Program-made: the position numbers and the translations under genes
DNA from: an uncultured Candidatus Saccharibacteria bacterium
GTDB taxonomy: Bacteria > Patescibacteriota > Andersenbacteria > UBA10190
DNA length: 64,000 nt
Assembly (NCBI GenBank): GCA_964371255.1
Contig: CAYJKV010000004.1
Coordinates: 39,613-103,612 of the forward strand
Direction of reading: 5' to 3'
Notes under the pieces: generated by a model
What the model saw: the letters and a program-made list of their open reading frames with translations, nothing else
Database searches by the model: none
What the model was told of the DNA's origin: nothing
Shown here: piece after piece, positions 56,931-64,000 of the stretch
How the letters are laid out: every line of letters begins with the position of its first letter
Position numbering within the stretch: position 1 is the first letter of the stretch

Positions 56931-57877
56931 TGACCTACACCAAGACTTTCTCGGAAATATCAAAAAGCGATACGGCCATAGCCGGTGGCAAAGGGGCGTC
57001 ACTGGGCGAAATGACGCAAGCAGGCATTCAAGTGCCGCCTGGATTTGTGATTCTGGCACCCGCTTTTGATGAGTTTCTGAAAATTACTGACCTAAACGTG
57101 GAGCTGGATGCCATTTTGGACCAAGTGAACCATGAGGTAATGCACGAGGTGGATGACGCGTCAGAAAAGATTAAAGCCCTGATTTTGGGTAAAGAAATAC
57201 CGGCAAGTATGGCCAAGGAAATTATTTCTGCTTTCGATGAGTTAGACGCGGAATTCGTGGCTGTTCGTTCCAGTGCCACTTCTGAAGACTCCGCGGCGGC
57301 AGCGTGGGCGGGACAATTAGATACTTATCTCAATACGACCGAAGAAAATTTACTGGCCAATGTTAAAAAATGCTGGGCTTCGCTCTTTACGCCGCGGGCC
57401 ATTTTCTATCGTTTTGAAAAGGGATTACATGGGACACCAATTTCGGTCGCTGTCGTAGTCCAAAAAATGATCCAATCTGAAGTTTCAGGTATCGCTTTTT
57501 CGGTTCATCCTGTCACGCAAGATTACGACCAGCTAATTATTGAAGCTGGCTTCGGGTTGGGGGAGGCGATTGTCTCCGGCTCAGTTACACCAGACAGCTA
57601 TGTGATCGAAAAAAGCAGTTGGAAGTTACTCGATAAAAATATAACTACTCAAGAGCGGGGATTATTTCGTAAGGACGAAGGCGGCAATGATTGGCAAGAT
57701 ATTCCAACCACGAAAGGTGAGCAGCCGACGCTAACTGATGATGAAGTTATAGGCCTGGCAAAACTCATAGTTAAAATTGAGAGGCACTATGGTTTTCCCG
57801 TTGATGTTGAATGGGCACGAGAGAAGAATAGCTTTTATATCGTTCAAAGCCGTCCGATTACGACTCTGAATAAATAA
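56927..57877 (+). CDS. stand-alone PEP synthase/PPDK N-terminal ATP-grasp nucleotide-binding domain protein (PPDK_N)
   Basis: GGKGASLGEM...GIQVPPGFVI..., VAVRSSATSEDSAAAAWAGQLDTYLN and VVVQKMIQSEVSGIAFSVHP match the PEP synthase/rifampin phosphotransferase ATP-grasp domain. 316 aa, with no swivel or PEP-binding domain. ATGA overlap with the upstream gene. Confidence 0.8.
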   Translation: MMTYTKTFSEISKSDTAIAGGKGASLGEMTQAGIQVPPGFVILAPAFDEFLKITDLNVELDAILDQVNHEVMHEVDDASEKIKALILGKEIPASMAKEIISAFDELDAEFVAVRSSATSEDSAAAAWAGQLDTYLNTTEENLLANVKKCWASLFTPRAIFYRFEKGLHGTPISVAVVVQKMIQSEVSGIAFSVHPVTQDYDQLIIEAGFGLGEAIVSGSVTPDSYVIEKSSWKLLDKNITTQERGLFRKDEGGNDWQDIPTTKGEQPTLTDDEVIGLAKLIVKIERHYGFPVDVEWAREKNSFYIVQSRPITTLNK

Positions 57878-57890
57878 CGAAGAGAAAGTT

Positions 57891-59189
57891 ATGGCAGATA
57901 ACAAATGGCATTATCTTGGCAGATGGATTGAACCGGTATTGTCATGTGGTCTATGGTTGGAATGGAAAAACTTAACGGATGATATAGGACTTCATTTTAA
58001 AGGAGATATCGCCGTTTTGGATGGCTATCAGTATATTCTTAACGAAGATGTTAAAACAGCCAGTAAATTTTTGAATGACACAATCGTAAATAGCCCAGAA
58101 TGGTTTAATGTTTTTTTCAGACTTTGTGACGAGAAAATAGAGAAAGTATTATCGTTTAAGAATAAGAACGACCTGAGCGGCTTATTGATCGCTGCCACTA
58201 ATTCCTTGGGGCTAGTTACTATTCTGATAATGTTTGATATTGGGTATCAGAAATACATCAAAAAGATAGCGAAAAGACAAAACTTTGACGAAGAAGAATT
58301 TTTCTCTTTGGTCAAGCCGCATCGAAATACTTTGTTAATGGACTATATTCAGGAACTTAAGCAGCTGGATAAAAACAGTGAAGAGGCAAAAGAAAACTTT
58401 ATCAAGAAATATGGTTGGGTAGGAAAACATGTATTTCTGGGTGATGGTTTAACGCGTGAAAAGCTGGAACAGGAGCTGATTGATATTCCCAAACAAAAAA
58501 GTGCAAAAACCAAAGAAAGTATTAAGAAGTTGCCAAAAAAGTTGGCTGACCTATTGTCCCTTGGAAACAAGTTCGCTTTTTACCGCTCTTATATAGTTGA
58601 GTGCACCAATAGTGTCGTCTATGAGTACTGCCCAATTGTTAAAGAACTTGGCGAAAAGCGTGGCTTAATTTGGGATGATGTTTTACTTTTAGATTATCAG
58701 GAGGTTATTGACTTAAATGAGAAAAATGAAAAGCCTCACAATTTCGAGAAAAGGAGAAATGGCTACGGGAAAATAATAAAAGACGGCAAGAAAGTTATTG
58801 TCACGGGTGCCAGTTTAGAGAAGGAATTGAACAGGTTTCGGGAAAAAGTTGATAAAGATGTAAAAGAGATAAAAGGAATGGTTGCCTCTAAGGGGGGTAT
58901 CATTATAGGCATTGTGAGGGTTGTAGAGGAGTCGGCAATAATTTCCAAAATGAAGGAGGGTGATATCTTGGTGGCTAACGAGACTACTCCAGATTACGTT
59001 GTGGGCATGAAAATTGCTGGGGCTATTATAACCAATCAAGGAGGTATAACTTCTCACGCCGCAATTACCAGCAGGGAAATGGGTATTCCTTGTATAATCG
59101 GGACGAAAATCGCCACCCAAATTCTCAAAGACGGAGATTTGGTGGAAGTGGATGCAGAGAAGGGGATTGTGAGGAAGATTAATGGCTGA
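57891..59189 (+). CDS. PEP-utilizer mobile (swivel) domain protein with a unique N-terminal domain (paralog 2)
   Basis: C-terminus ...GDILVANETTPDYVVGMKIAGAIITNQGGITSHAAITSREMGIPCIIGTKIATQILKDGDLVEVDAEKGIVRKI. The roughly 320 aa N-terminal region is unrelated to known domains. Confidence 0.75.
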   Translation: MADNKWHYLGRWIEPVLSCGLWLEWKNLTDDIGLHFKGDIAVLDGYQYILNEDVKTASKFLNDTIVNSPEWFNVFFRLCDEKIEKVLSFKNKNDLSGLLIAATNSLGLVTILIMFDIGYQKYIKKIAKRQNFDEEEFFSLVKPHRNTLLMDYIQELKQLDKNSEEAKENFIKKYGWVGKHVFLGDGLTREKLEQELIDIPKQKSAKTKESIKKLPKKLADLLSLGNKFAFYRSYIVECTNSVVYEYCPIVKELGEKRGLIWDDVLLLDYQEVIDLNEKNEKPHNFEKRRNGYGKIIKDGKKVIVTGASLEKELNRFREKVDKDVKEIKGMVASKGGIIIGIVRVVEESAIISKMKEGDILVANETTPDYVVGMKIAGAIITNQGGITSHAAITSREMGIPCIIGTKIATQILKDGDLVEVDAEKGIVRKING

Positions 59190-59200
59190 CAAAGAAGGTT

Positions 59201-60253
59201 ATGGATATTAATAGTTTTGAGAGATCAGACTGGAATCAAATATGGGCAGGCGATTGGAGTTTGCTCTCCTGTTCGCAATTTGGCGAGCAGTACACGAAAA
59301 CTCTTATCGTCAATGGTAAAGTGTTTATGTCCCAAACTGTTCTTATGATTGAGGATGGTAAGAGCGCTGGCTTTATGACGCAGGCTGACAAAGACGCCTT
59401 TGGTAAGCATTTAGCCCAGGAGGTTGTTGATAATCCCAGCCGTGTCCAAGAAATTGCGGCTAATTTTAAACGACAGGTTGATTTGACGATGGAGTTGATG
59501 AATAAGTATAAAACCAGTGAAATCACCAAAGAAATTTACGAAGCTTTCTGGGAGCGCATACTGGAATACTACAAACCGCATGTGAATGTTAAGTATATTG
59601 TTGATTATCTTGATCCAGAACTGTTGAAAAAATATTTACCGGAGCTGGAAGAAGCACGGGTGTACGCTGAGCCTGTTTTCAAGCACTCGGAAGAATTTAT
59701 GCAGGCTATGGCGCAGCAACAAGGGGCTAAAATTGGTTATCCCACTGAACTAATATTGTGCTTGTTGATAGAAGAACTGCCATCGCTATGGAAGAGCGAA
59801 GCATTGCCAGCACAAGTAGTATTGCGACAGAGATATGATAGAAGTGCGTTGTTAGTTGATCTGTCTGATCAGTTGCTTTGCGTTGGTGATGAGGTGAGCG
59901 AGATTGATCAGTTTATCCATGGAGCGACGGAAGATGAAGTAATCAAAGGAGCAACAGCGTACCCAGGGCACGCGAAAGGAACCGTGCGAATTATCTTTGA
60001 TCCGACTAAAGCTGATCATTTTCAGAATGGCGACATTTTAGTAACTCACATGACGCGGCCGGAATACTTACTGATTATGAAAAAGGCTGCGGCTATCGTG
60101 ACTGAGGCTGGCGGCATATTGTCGCATGCGGCCATCACGTCACGCGAATTAAAAAAGCCGTGTGTGATAGGGACGAATAAGGCTACCAAGATATTGAAAG
60201 ATGGAGACCTGGTTGAGGTAGATGCGGATAAAGGGATTGTGAGGAAAATATGA
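59201..60253 (+). CDS. PEP-utilizer mobile (swivel) domain protein with a unique N-terminal domain (paralog 3)
   Basis: C-terminus ...GDILVTHMTRPEYLLIMKKAAAIVTEAGGILSHAAITSRELKKPCVIGTNKATKILKDGDLVEVDADKGIVRKI. Confidence 0.75.
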   Translation: MDINSFERSDWNQIWAGDWSLLSCSQFGEQYTKTLIVNGKVFMSQTVLMIEDGKSAGFMTQADKDAFGKHLAQEVVDNPSRVQEIAANFKRQVDLTMELMNKYKTSEITKEIYEAFWERILEYYKPHVNVKYIVDYLDPELLKKYLPELEEARVYAEPVFKHSEEFMQAMAQQQGAKIGYPTELILCLLIEELPSLWKSEALPAQVVLRQRYDRSALLVDLSDQLLCVGDEVSEIDQFIHGATEDEVIKGATAYPGHAKGTVRIIFDPTKADHFQNGDILVTHMTRPEYLLIMKKAAAIVTEAGGILSHAAITSRELKKPCVIGTNKATKILKDGDLVEVDADKGIVRKI

Positions 60254-61353
60254 AGAAGGATGGGAGTAATATTGCTGCTCGTATTAAGGAATTGAAACTG
60301 AAGCCAGGACTGCGCCGGGACATTTCGCTCTTTGGGGAAAGTTGTATAGCGCTCGGCTATACTCGAAATCTAAAGGAATTAACTGGTTTCGGCGTAAGTG
60401 CCTTTGGGGGGATAAGTATCGAGAATCAATATTTATCATTAATTGATGTTGAGGATTTATCCAGAAAGGTTGATATTTATTTAAGTCAACTTGGATCGGA
60501 AAGTTTAATTGGGGGAGAGCTAGATCGATTTTATACTCGATACAAGCATGAGCGTCAAGTATATGAGAAGATTTGGGCGGCTTACCAGGCTCGGAAGCCG
60601 GAGGATTATCTTAGGAAAATTGTGAGTTTATATCCTGACCATGCGGCGACGGTCGGGTTTTACAACAGCTTAATGCGTTATTTGGGAGAGGAAGAAAGCA
60701 AGGGACAATTGTCACCAAAGCTGGTAAGCCGCATAGGAATGGAGAGAAACGAAGTAGCTGGTCTTTATCCGAAAATCGAAAGGATATTAAAGTTATTGGC
60801 GGAGAAATTTTCAGAGACGGAGGGGGAGGTAGGGGAGATGATCAGGTTTTGTTTACGAGGCGAGATTCAGCAATGGTTAGAGAGTGGCGAGTTAGCAGGA
60901 GAAACTGAACTTGGAGAGCGGCAGCGGCAATACGTTCACTTGCGGATAGCGGAGTCTGATGAAGAATTATTATCCACTGACAACGGGGATTATGTAGCAA
61001 TAAAGGAGTGGTTATTTGGGAATCAATCAAATTCGACGGGAGTTATCCGAGGCGTGGGAGCATTTCCAGGCAAAAGATCAGGTGTGGTGTATAAGGGAGA
61101 CAAGACGGTTATTTCGGTGCCTACATATGATTTTATATTGGTAGCGGTGCAGACGCATCCTGATTGGGTACCATTAATCAAAAGAGCCAAAGCGATAGTG
61201 ACTGATGAGGGGGGTCGCTTATGTCATGCGGCTATAACAGCGCGGGAACTTAAGGTTCCTTGTGTCATTGGCACCAAAATGGCCACGCAAATTCTAAAAG
61301 ACGGTGATCTAGTGGAAGTGGATGCAGCGAAGGGGATAGTGAGAAAAATATGA
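60250..61353 (+). CDS. PEP-utilizer mobile (swivel) domain protein with a unique N-terminal domain (paralog 4)
   Basis: C-terminus ...HPDWVPLIKRAKAIVTDEGGRLCHAAITARELKVPCVIGTKMATQILKDGDLVEVDAAKGIVRKI. ATGA overlap with the upstream gene. Confidence 0.75.
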   Translation: MKKDGSNIAARIKELKLKPGLRRDISLFGESCIALGYTRNLKELTGFGVSAFGGISIENQYLSLIDVEDLSRKVDIYLSQLGSESLIGGELDRFYTRYKHERQVYEKIWAAYQARKPEDYLRKIVSLYPDHAATVGFYNSLMRYLGEEESKGQLSPKLVSRIGMERNEVAGLYPKIERILKLLAEKFSETEGEVGEMIRFCLRGEIQQWLESGELAGETELGERQRQYVHLRIAESDEELLSTDNGDYVAIKEWLFGNQSNSTGVIRGVGAFPGKRSGVVYKGDKTVISVPTYDFILVAVQTHPDWVPLIKRAKAIVTDEGGRLCHAAITARELKVPCVIGTKMATQILKDGDLVEVDAAKGIVRKI

Positions 61354-61387
61354 GCTTATCCAAAGAACAAGTTTTTGTAATTGTTTT

Positions 61388-61612
61388 ATGAAGATTTTGG
61401 TACAAATAAAACCGCGATCAAGCCAGGCGAAGGTGGAACAGATTAATGATGGAGAGTATAAGGTGTGGGTGCGGGCGGTGCCGGAGAAGGGTCAGGCGAA
61501 TGAGGAGATGCAGCAGCTGTTGGCGGATTATTTTCGAGTCAAAAGAGCAGCGGTGCGGCTGGTGATCGGAAAAACGGCGCGGGAGAAGCTAGTGGAGATT
61601 ATCGGGAAGTGA
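61388..61612 (+). CDS. DUF167/YggU family protein
   Basis: 74 aa. ...VRAVPEKGQANEEMQQLLADYFRVKRAAVRLVIGKTAREKLVEI fits the YggU pattern (P.dGkAN..l..fla.......v.iv.G..sr.K.v.i). Confidence 0.65.
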   Translation: MKILVQIKPRSSQAKVEQINDGEYKVWVRAVPEKGQANEEMQQLLADYFRVKRAAVRLVIGKTAREKLVEIIGK

Positions 61613-61702
61613 AGCATAAAACTTAGCGTGTCGGGATTGGCTAAGTCGCCTTGTTTAATGACAGATGGCTGTTATGGTGGTGGGGATAAGGAGGTGACTA
61701 TT

Positions 61703-61873
61703 ATGCATTATGTATGTCCAGAGTGCGGCGGTGTCGCAGACCACAAGAAGGTATGTGAGACGTCCGGGTGCAGCAGGGAAGGGCATGAAATGATGGAATG
61801 CGATTGCACGGATAACAAACATGAAGGGGTTTTAGAAGCTGCTAACAATAAGGAAAAGAAGGAAGAAGAGTAG
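61703..61873 (+). CDS. small zinc-ribbon protein (hypothetical)
   Basis: SD aaggagg 8 nt before ATG 61703. MHYVCPECGGV...CETSGCSREGHEMMECDC has paired Cys motifs and a Lys/Glu-rich tail. Confidence 0.45.
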   Translation: MHYVCPECGGVADHKKVCETSGCSREGHEMMECDCTDNKHEGVLEAANNKEKKEEE

Positions 61874-62096
61874 CAATGTTTTAACAATAATTAAGGGGCA
61901 CAGCTGGGCGGGATACGTCTAGGTGCGGGAAAATCTGGGGTTTGAAGGGAGCCAAATGGCCGGTGAGCAGAGAATGATCATCTGCTTATTCTTAGTGCAA
62001 AACAATTCGCCTAGACATAAGCCCGTTTGAGTTAAGGACGGAGAAATTATGTTGGATTGGAAGATAATTTTTGGATGGTATATTTTTAGGTAAGAT

Positions 62097-62306
62097 ATGA
62101 CAAAAAGTCCTAAAAGATTATTTCGCAGCCGGACTAATAAGGTGTTGGCCGGAGTATGCGGCGGCTTAGGCGAATATATGAATGTAGATCCGGTCGTAAT
62201 TAGACTGATGTGGTTGCTCTTAGTGATTGCTACCGGTTTTGTGCCAGGGGTAGTGGTATATGTGATCTCGATATTTCTGATTCCGCTGGAGGAGACAGTG
62301 CGATAA
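62097..62306 (+). CDS. PspC domain-containing small membrane protein
   Basis: LFRSRTNKVLAGVCGGLGEYMNVDPVVIRLMWLLLVIATGF...IFLIP matches the PspC signature (R...ViaGVcGGlaeYfgiDptlvRl). 69 aa. Confidence 0.75.
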   Translation: MTKSPKRLFRSRTNKVLAGVCGGLGEYMNVDPVVIRLMWLLLVIATGFVPGVVVYVISIFLIPLEETVR

Positions 62307-62471
62307 ATAATAGTTAATCGGCTGTGCAGAAAATAGAAGGGAGGGGGCGATAATATTGGCGAGGCCCTGTGTAGTCTTTTTGTGGCTGAGATTATGGCAG
62401 CGCGGAGGGGGTGTTGATAAAACGGCGGGATAAAGCTTGCGTGAGGGAGGCGAGTTAGGCATGGTCGTGCT

Positions 62472-62669
62472 ATGCCATATAGAAGCAGAACGGACTTGCC
62501 GTCTGGGGTGCGGAAAAAGCTATCGCCGCATGCCGAAAACATTTATATCAAGGCGTTTAACAGCGCGGCCGACCAATACAGTTCAGAGGATAGGGCACAC
62601 CGGGTAGCTTGGGCGGCGGTTAAGCGCCAGTACGAAAAAGGCAGTGACGGGAAATGGCATGATAAATAA
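62472..62669 (+). CDS. ChaB family protein
   Basis: MPYRSRTDLPSGVRKKLSPHAENIYIKAFNSA...EDRAHRVAWAAVKRQYEKGSDGKWHDK closely matches the ChaB pattern (MPYk...LP..v...LP.haq.iy..aFNsA...y..eerA..vAWaAVK..Yek..dGkW). Confidence 0.75.
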   Translation: MPYRSRTDLPSGVRKKLSPHAENIYIKAFNSAADQYSSEDRAHRVAWAAVKRQYEKGSDGKWHDK

Positions 62670-62985
62670 ATATTTAATCGAAGATGTTTTGATGAGGGAC
62701 AAGGTTTATCCGAATACCCCAAGGAAGGTAGTGGGTAAAGTAGGCGGTCAGGCGGGAAGGGTTGTTGGTTATGTTATGGGCGTAATAGTTATAGACTCTT
62801 TTTTTCTAATTGGATTGCCGATTATGTTGAGGGGAGCGGAGACAGTCGATAATGATGCTATGTTGTTAAATAAAATTGATCGACAGTTAGATATTGAGAG
62901 GGATATTGGATACATAGTAAATTTTCAAGGGAGATTACAAGTGCCAAATAATAACGGGCAGCATTTAGCTTGTTACCACCCTTGA
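62659..62985 (+). CDS. hypothetical small membrane protein
   Basis: ORF with one predicted TM (VVGYVMGVIVIDSFFLIGLPIML). No family recognised. Confidence 0.3.
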   Translation: MINKYLIEDVLMRDKVYPNTPRKVVGKVGGQAGRVVGYVMGVIVIDSFFLIGLPIMLRGAETVDNDAMLLNKIDRQLDIERDIGYIVNFQGRLQVPNNNGQHLACYHP

Positions 62986-63159
62986 TGAAGAATTAAAAGA
63001 CAATTGGAGATGAGTTGGTAAGTCGTTGAGGTAAAGTTTTTGCCTTCCTTAAAAGTTACTGCAAGGGCAGGATGGGGGTGTGGGGCACACTGTTATTTAT
63101 GGTGTTTTGGTGCTTTTCTTTGTTTTATGGCTTAATAAAGCCGTGCTTATATATTACTA

Positions 63160-63188
63160 TTGACAATAGTAGTTTTTGGTGATATAGT
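63160..63188 (+). promoter_or_regulatory. consensus-like sigma70 promoter (TTGACA, 17 nt spacer, TATAGT), followed by a roughly 350-nt GC-rich leader
   Basis: ttgacaatagtagtttttggtgatatagt. The downstream ORF starts at 63546. Confidence 0.5.
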
Positions 63189-63545
63189 TACAAGTTATAA
63201 AAGCAGGGCAGTAACTTGAAAAACTAGATAGCAAGAAACATGGAAAGCCTAAAAGTTTAGGACAGGGCGATATTGTTATGGAGCGGGGATCGCTTTGCAG
63301 AGCGGTGACCTGGAAAACAAGCCAGTAGTTCGCATGGATAGTTCTTGCCTAGAAACGGACGAGCCTTATCTGTTCATTTTATGCGGGCGGATAAGGTTTC
63401 CGTCTCTGGCGGTGTCAGTGCCTATTGGCGCTGGTCGCCAGTGATGGGAAAAATCGGTTAATCTGGTTTGTTTACCGGGTTAGGTGAGTCTCATAGTAAA
63501 AGAGAGCCGATAATAATTTAATAGTTCTCTGGAAGGAGATTAAGG

Positions 63546-63803
63546 ATGAGGATAGGAACAAGAGTGATTGTCGACCAAGTCCTGCCTTTGCGATTGTCTG
63601 GATTTCGGTCTGTTGGCTCTGGATCAAATCCAAACGCAAATTGTCGTCCGGGCGCTTGCGGAGTTGTTGACGGCGATTACGCGGAAGGATGTTTCAAGAT
63701 CCGTCATGATGACGGAAGTGTTTGCCGATACTTGGCTGAAGAACTTCTCCCACTCACGCCGGAGTTGATGAGAAGGTTTGTAGTCGATGTTGGGACGAAC
63801 TGA
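63546..63803 (+). CDS. small hypothetical protein
   Basis: Strong SD aaggag 7 nt before the ATG. 85 aa. No family recognised. Confidence 0.45.
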   Translation: MRIGTRVIVDQVLPLRLSGFRSVGSGSNPNANCRPGACGVVDGDYAEGCFKIRHDDGSVCRYLAEELLPLTPELMRRFVVDVGTN

Positions 63804-64000
63804 CTGGTGTCTTTTGTCTTTTTTCAACGGACAGTTTTATTCTGGAGGAAGATAACAATTGTTGTTTTCCTCCATCTTTCCAAGCTCATTTCTGAAGAAG
63901 AAATGGTTTTGGCAGGAGTTCATTGCCGAACTCTTTGATGGGGAGTAAAACTTCGATTGTGTATTACAGAAGCTTCCGGTTTCTGAAATAACGGCAATCA

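Noticed and set aside
61919-62542. 207-aa ORF on the minus strand spanning the PspC and ChaB loci
   Set aside because: It overlaps two plus-strand genes with strong family matches (PspC domain, ChaB). It has no recognisable features, so it is a spurious antisense ORF.
63240-63545. RNase P RNA, SRP RNA, tmRNA or a known riboswitch in the long leader
   Set aside because: None of the hallmark conserved stretches were recognisable (for example GGAAAGUCCGG/AGGGUGAAA of RNase P, the GGUCCGGAAGGAAGCAGC of SRP domain IV, or the tRNA-like ends of tmRNA). I kept it only as an unclassified structured leader.

Overview
The window reads as a chromosomal segment of a small-genome bacterium; a CPR/Patescibacteria-like origin is inference only, suggested by an N-terminally truncated Mur ligase, a minimal TsaB and many tiny conserved ORFs. 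The housekeeping backbone is rpsT, truB, uvrB, ruvA, rpoB-rpoC, ftsK, a RodZ-like gene, recA, rpsF-ssb-rpsR, ychF, pyk and gpmI-eno. No tRNA, rRNA or CRISPR array was found. Four regions stand out. (1) A surface-glycan biosynthesis locus of about 16 kb (4.7-21.1 kb) contains gmd, an Rmd-like reductase, a polyprenol-phosphate sugar synthase (GT2), four polytopic membrane proteins that look like GT-C glycosyltransferases (one PMT/ArnT-like, one YfhO-like), a pyruvyl transferase, a flippase, a SAM methyltransferase, AsnB and a WbuX/PseA-like PP-loop amidotransferase. (2) A putative horizontally acquired island of about 7 kb (42.3-49.6 kb) has a shifted codon style, a serine-recombinase C-terminal remnant, a class II Fic AMPylator, an Ig-like secreted protein, and two copies of a roughly 115-135 bp element at 44.9 and 49.5 kb that bracket a 4.6 kb segment. 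(3) A tightly coupled five-gene operon (55.0-61.4 kb) encodes four paralogs that share a near-identical C-terminal PEP-utilizer swivel (phosphohistidine) domain but have unrelated N-terminal domains, one carrying a winged-helix DNA-binding domain, together with a stand-alone PPDK_N ATP-grasp domain protein. I propose this as a split, combinatorial rifampin-phosphotransferase-like phospho-relay or small-molecule kinase system; it is the best candidate for a novel system in the window. (4) There are several repeat families, including a roughly 57 bp near-palindromic element inserted in-frame and in the same frame into both truB and uvrB, an AT-rich MITE-like element abutting three gene starts, and a 'ccaaatgccaaa' oligo repeat present both in intergenic DNA and in-frame inside the Mur ligase gene.
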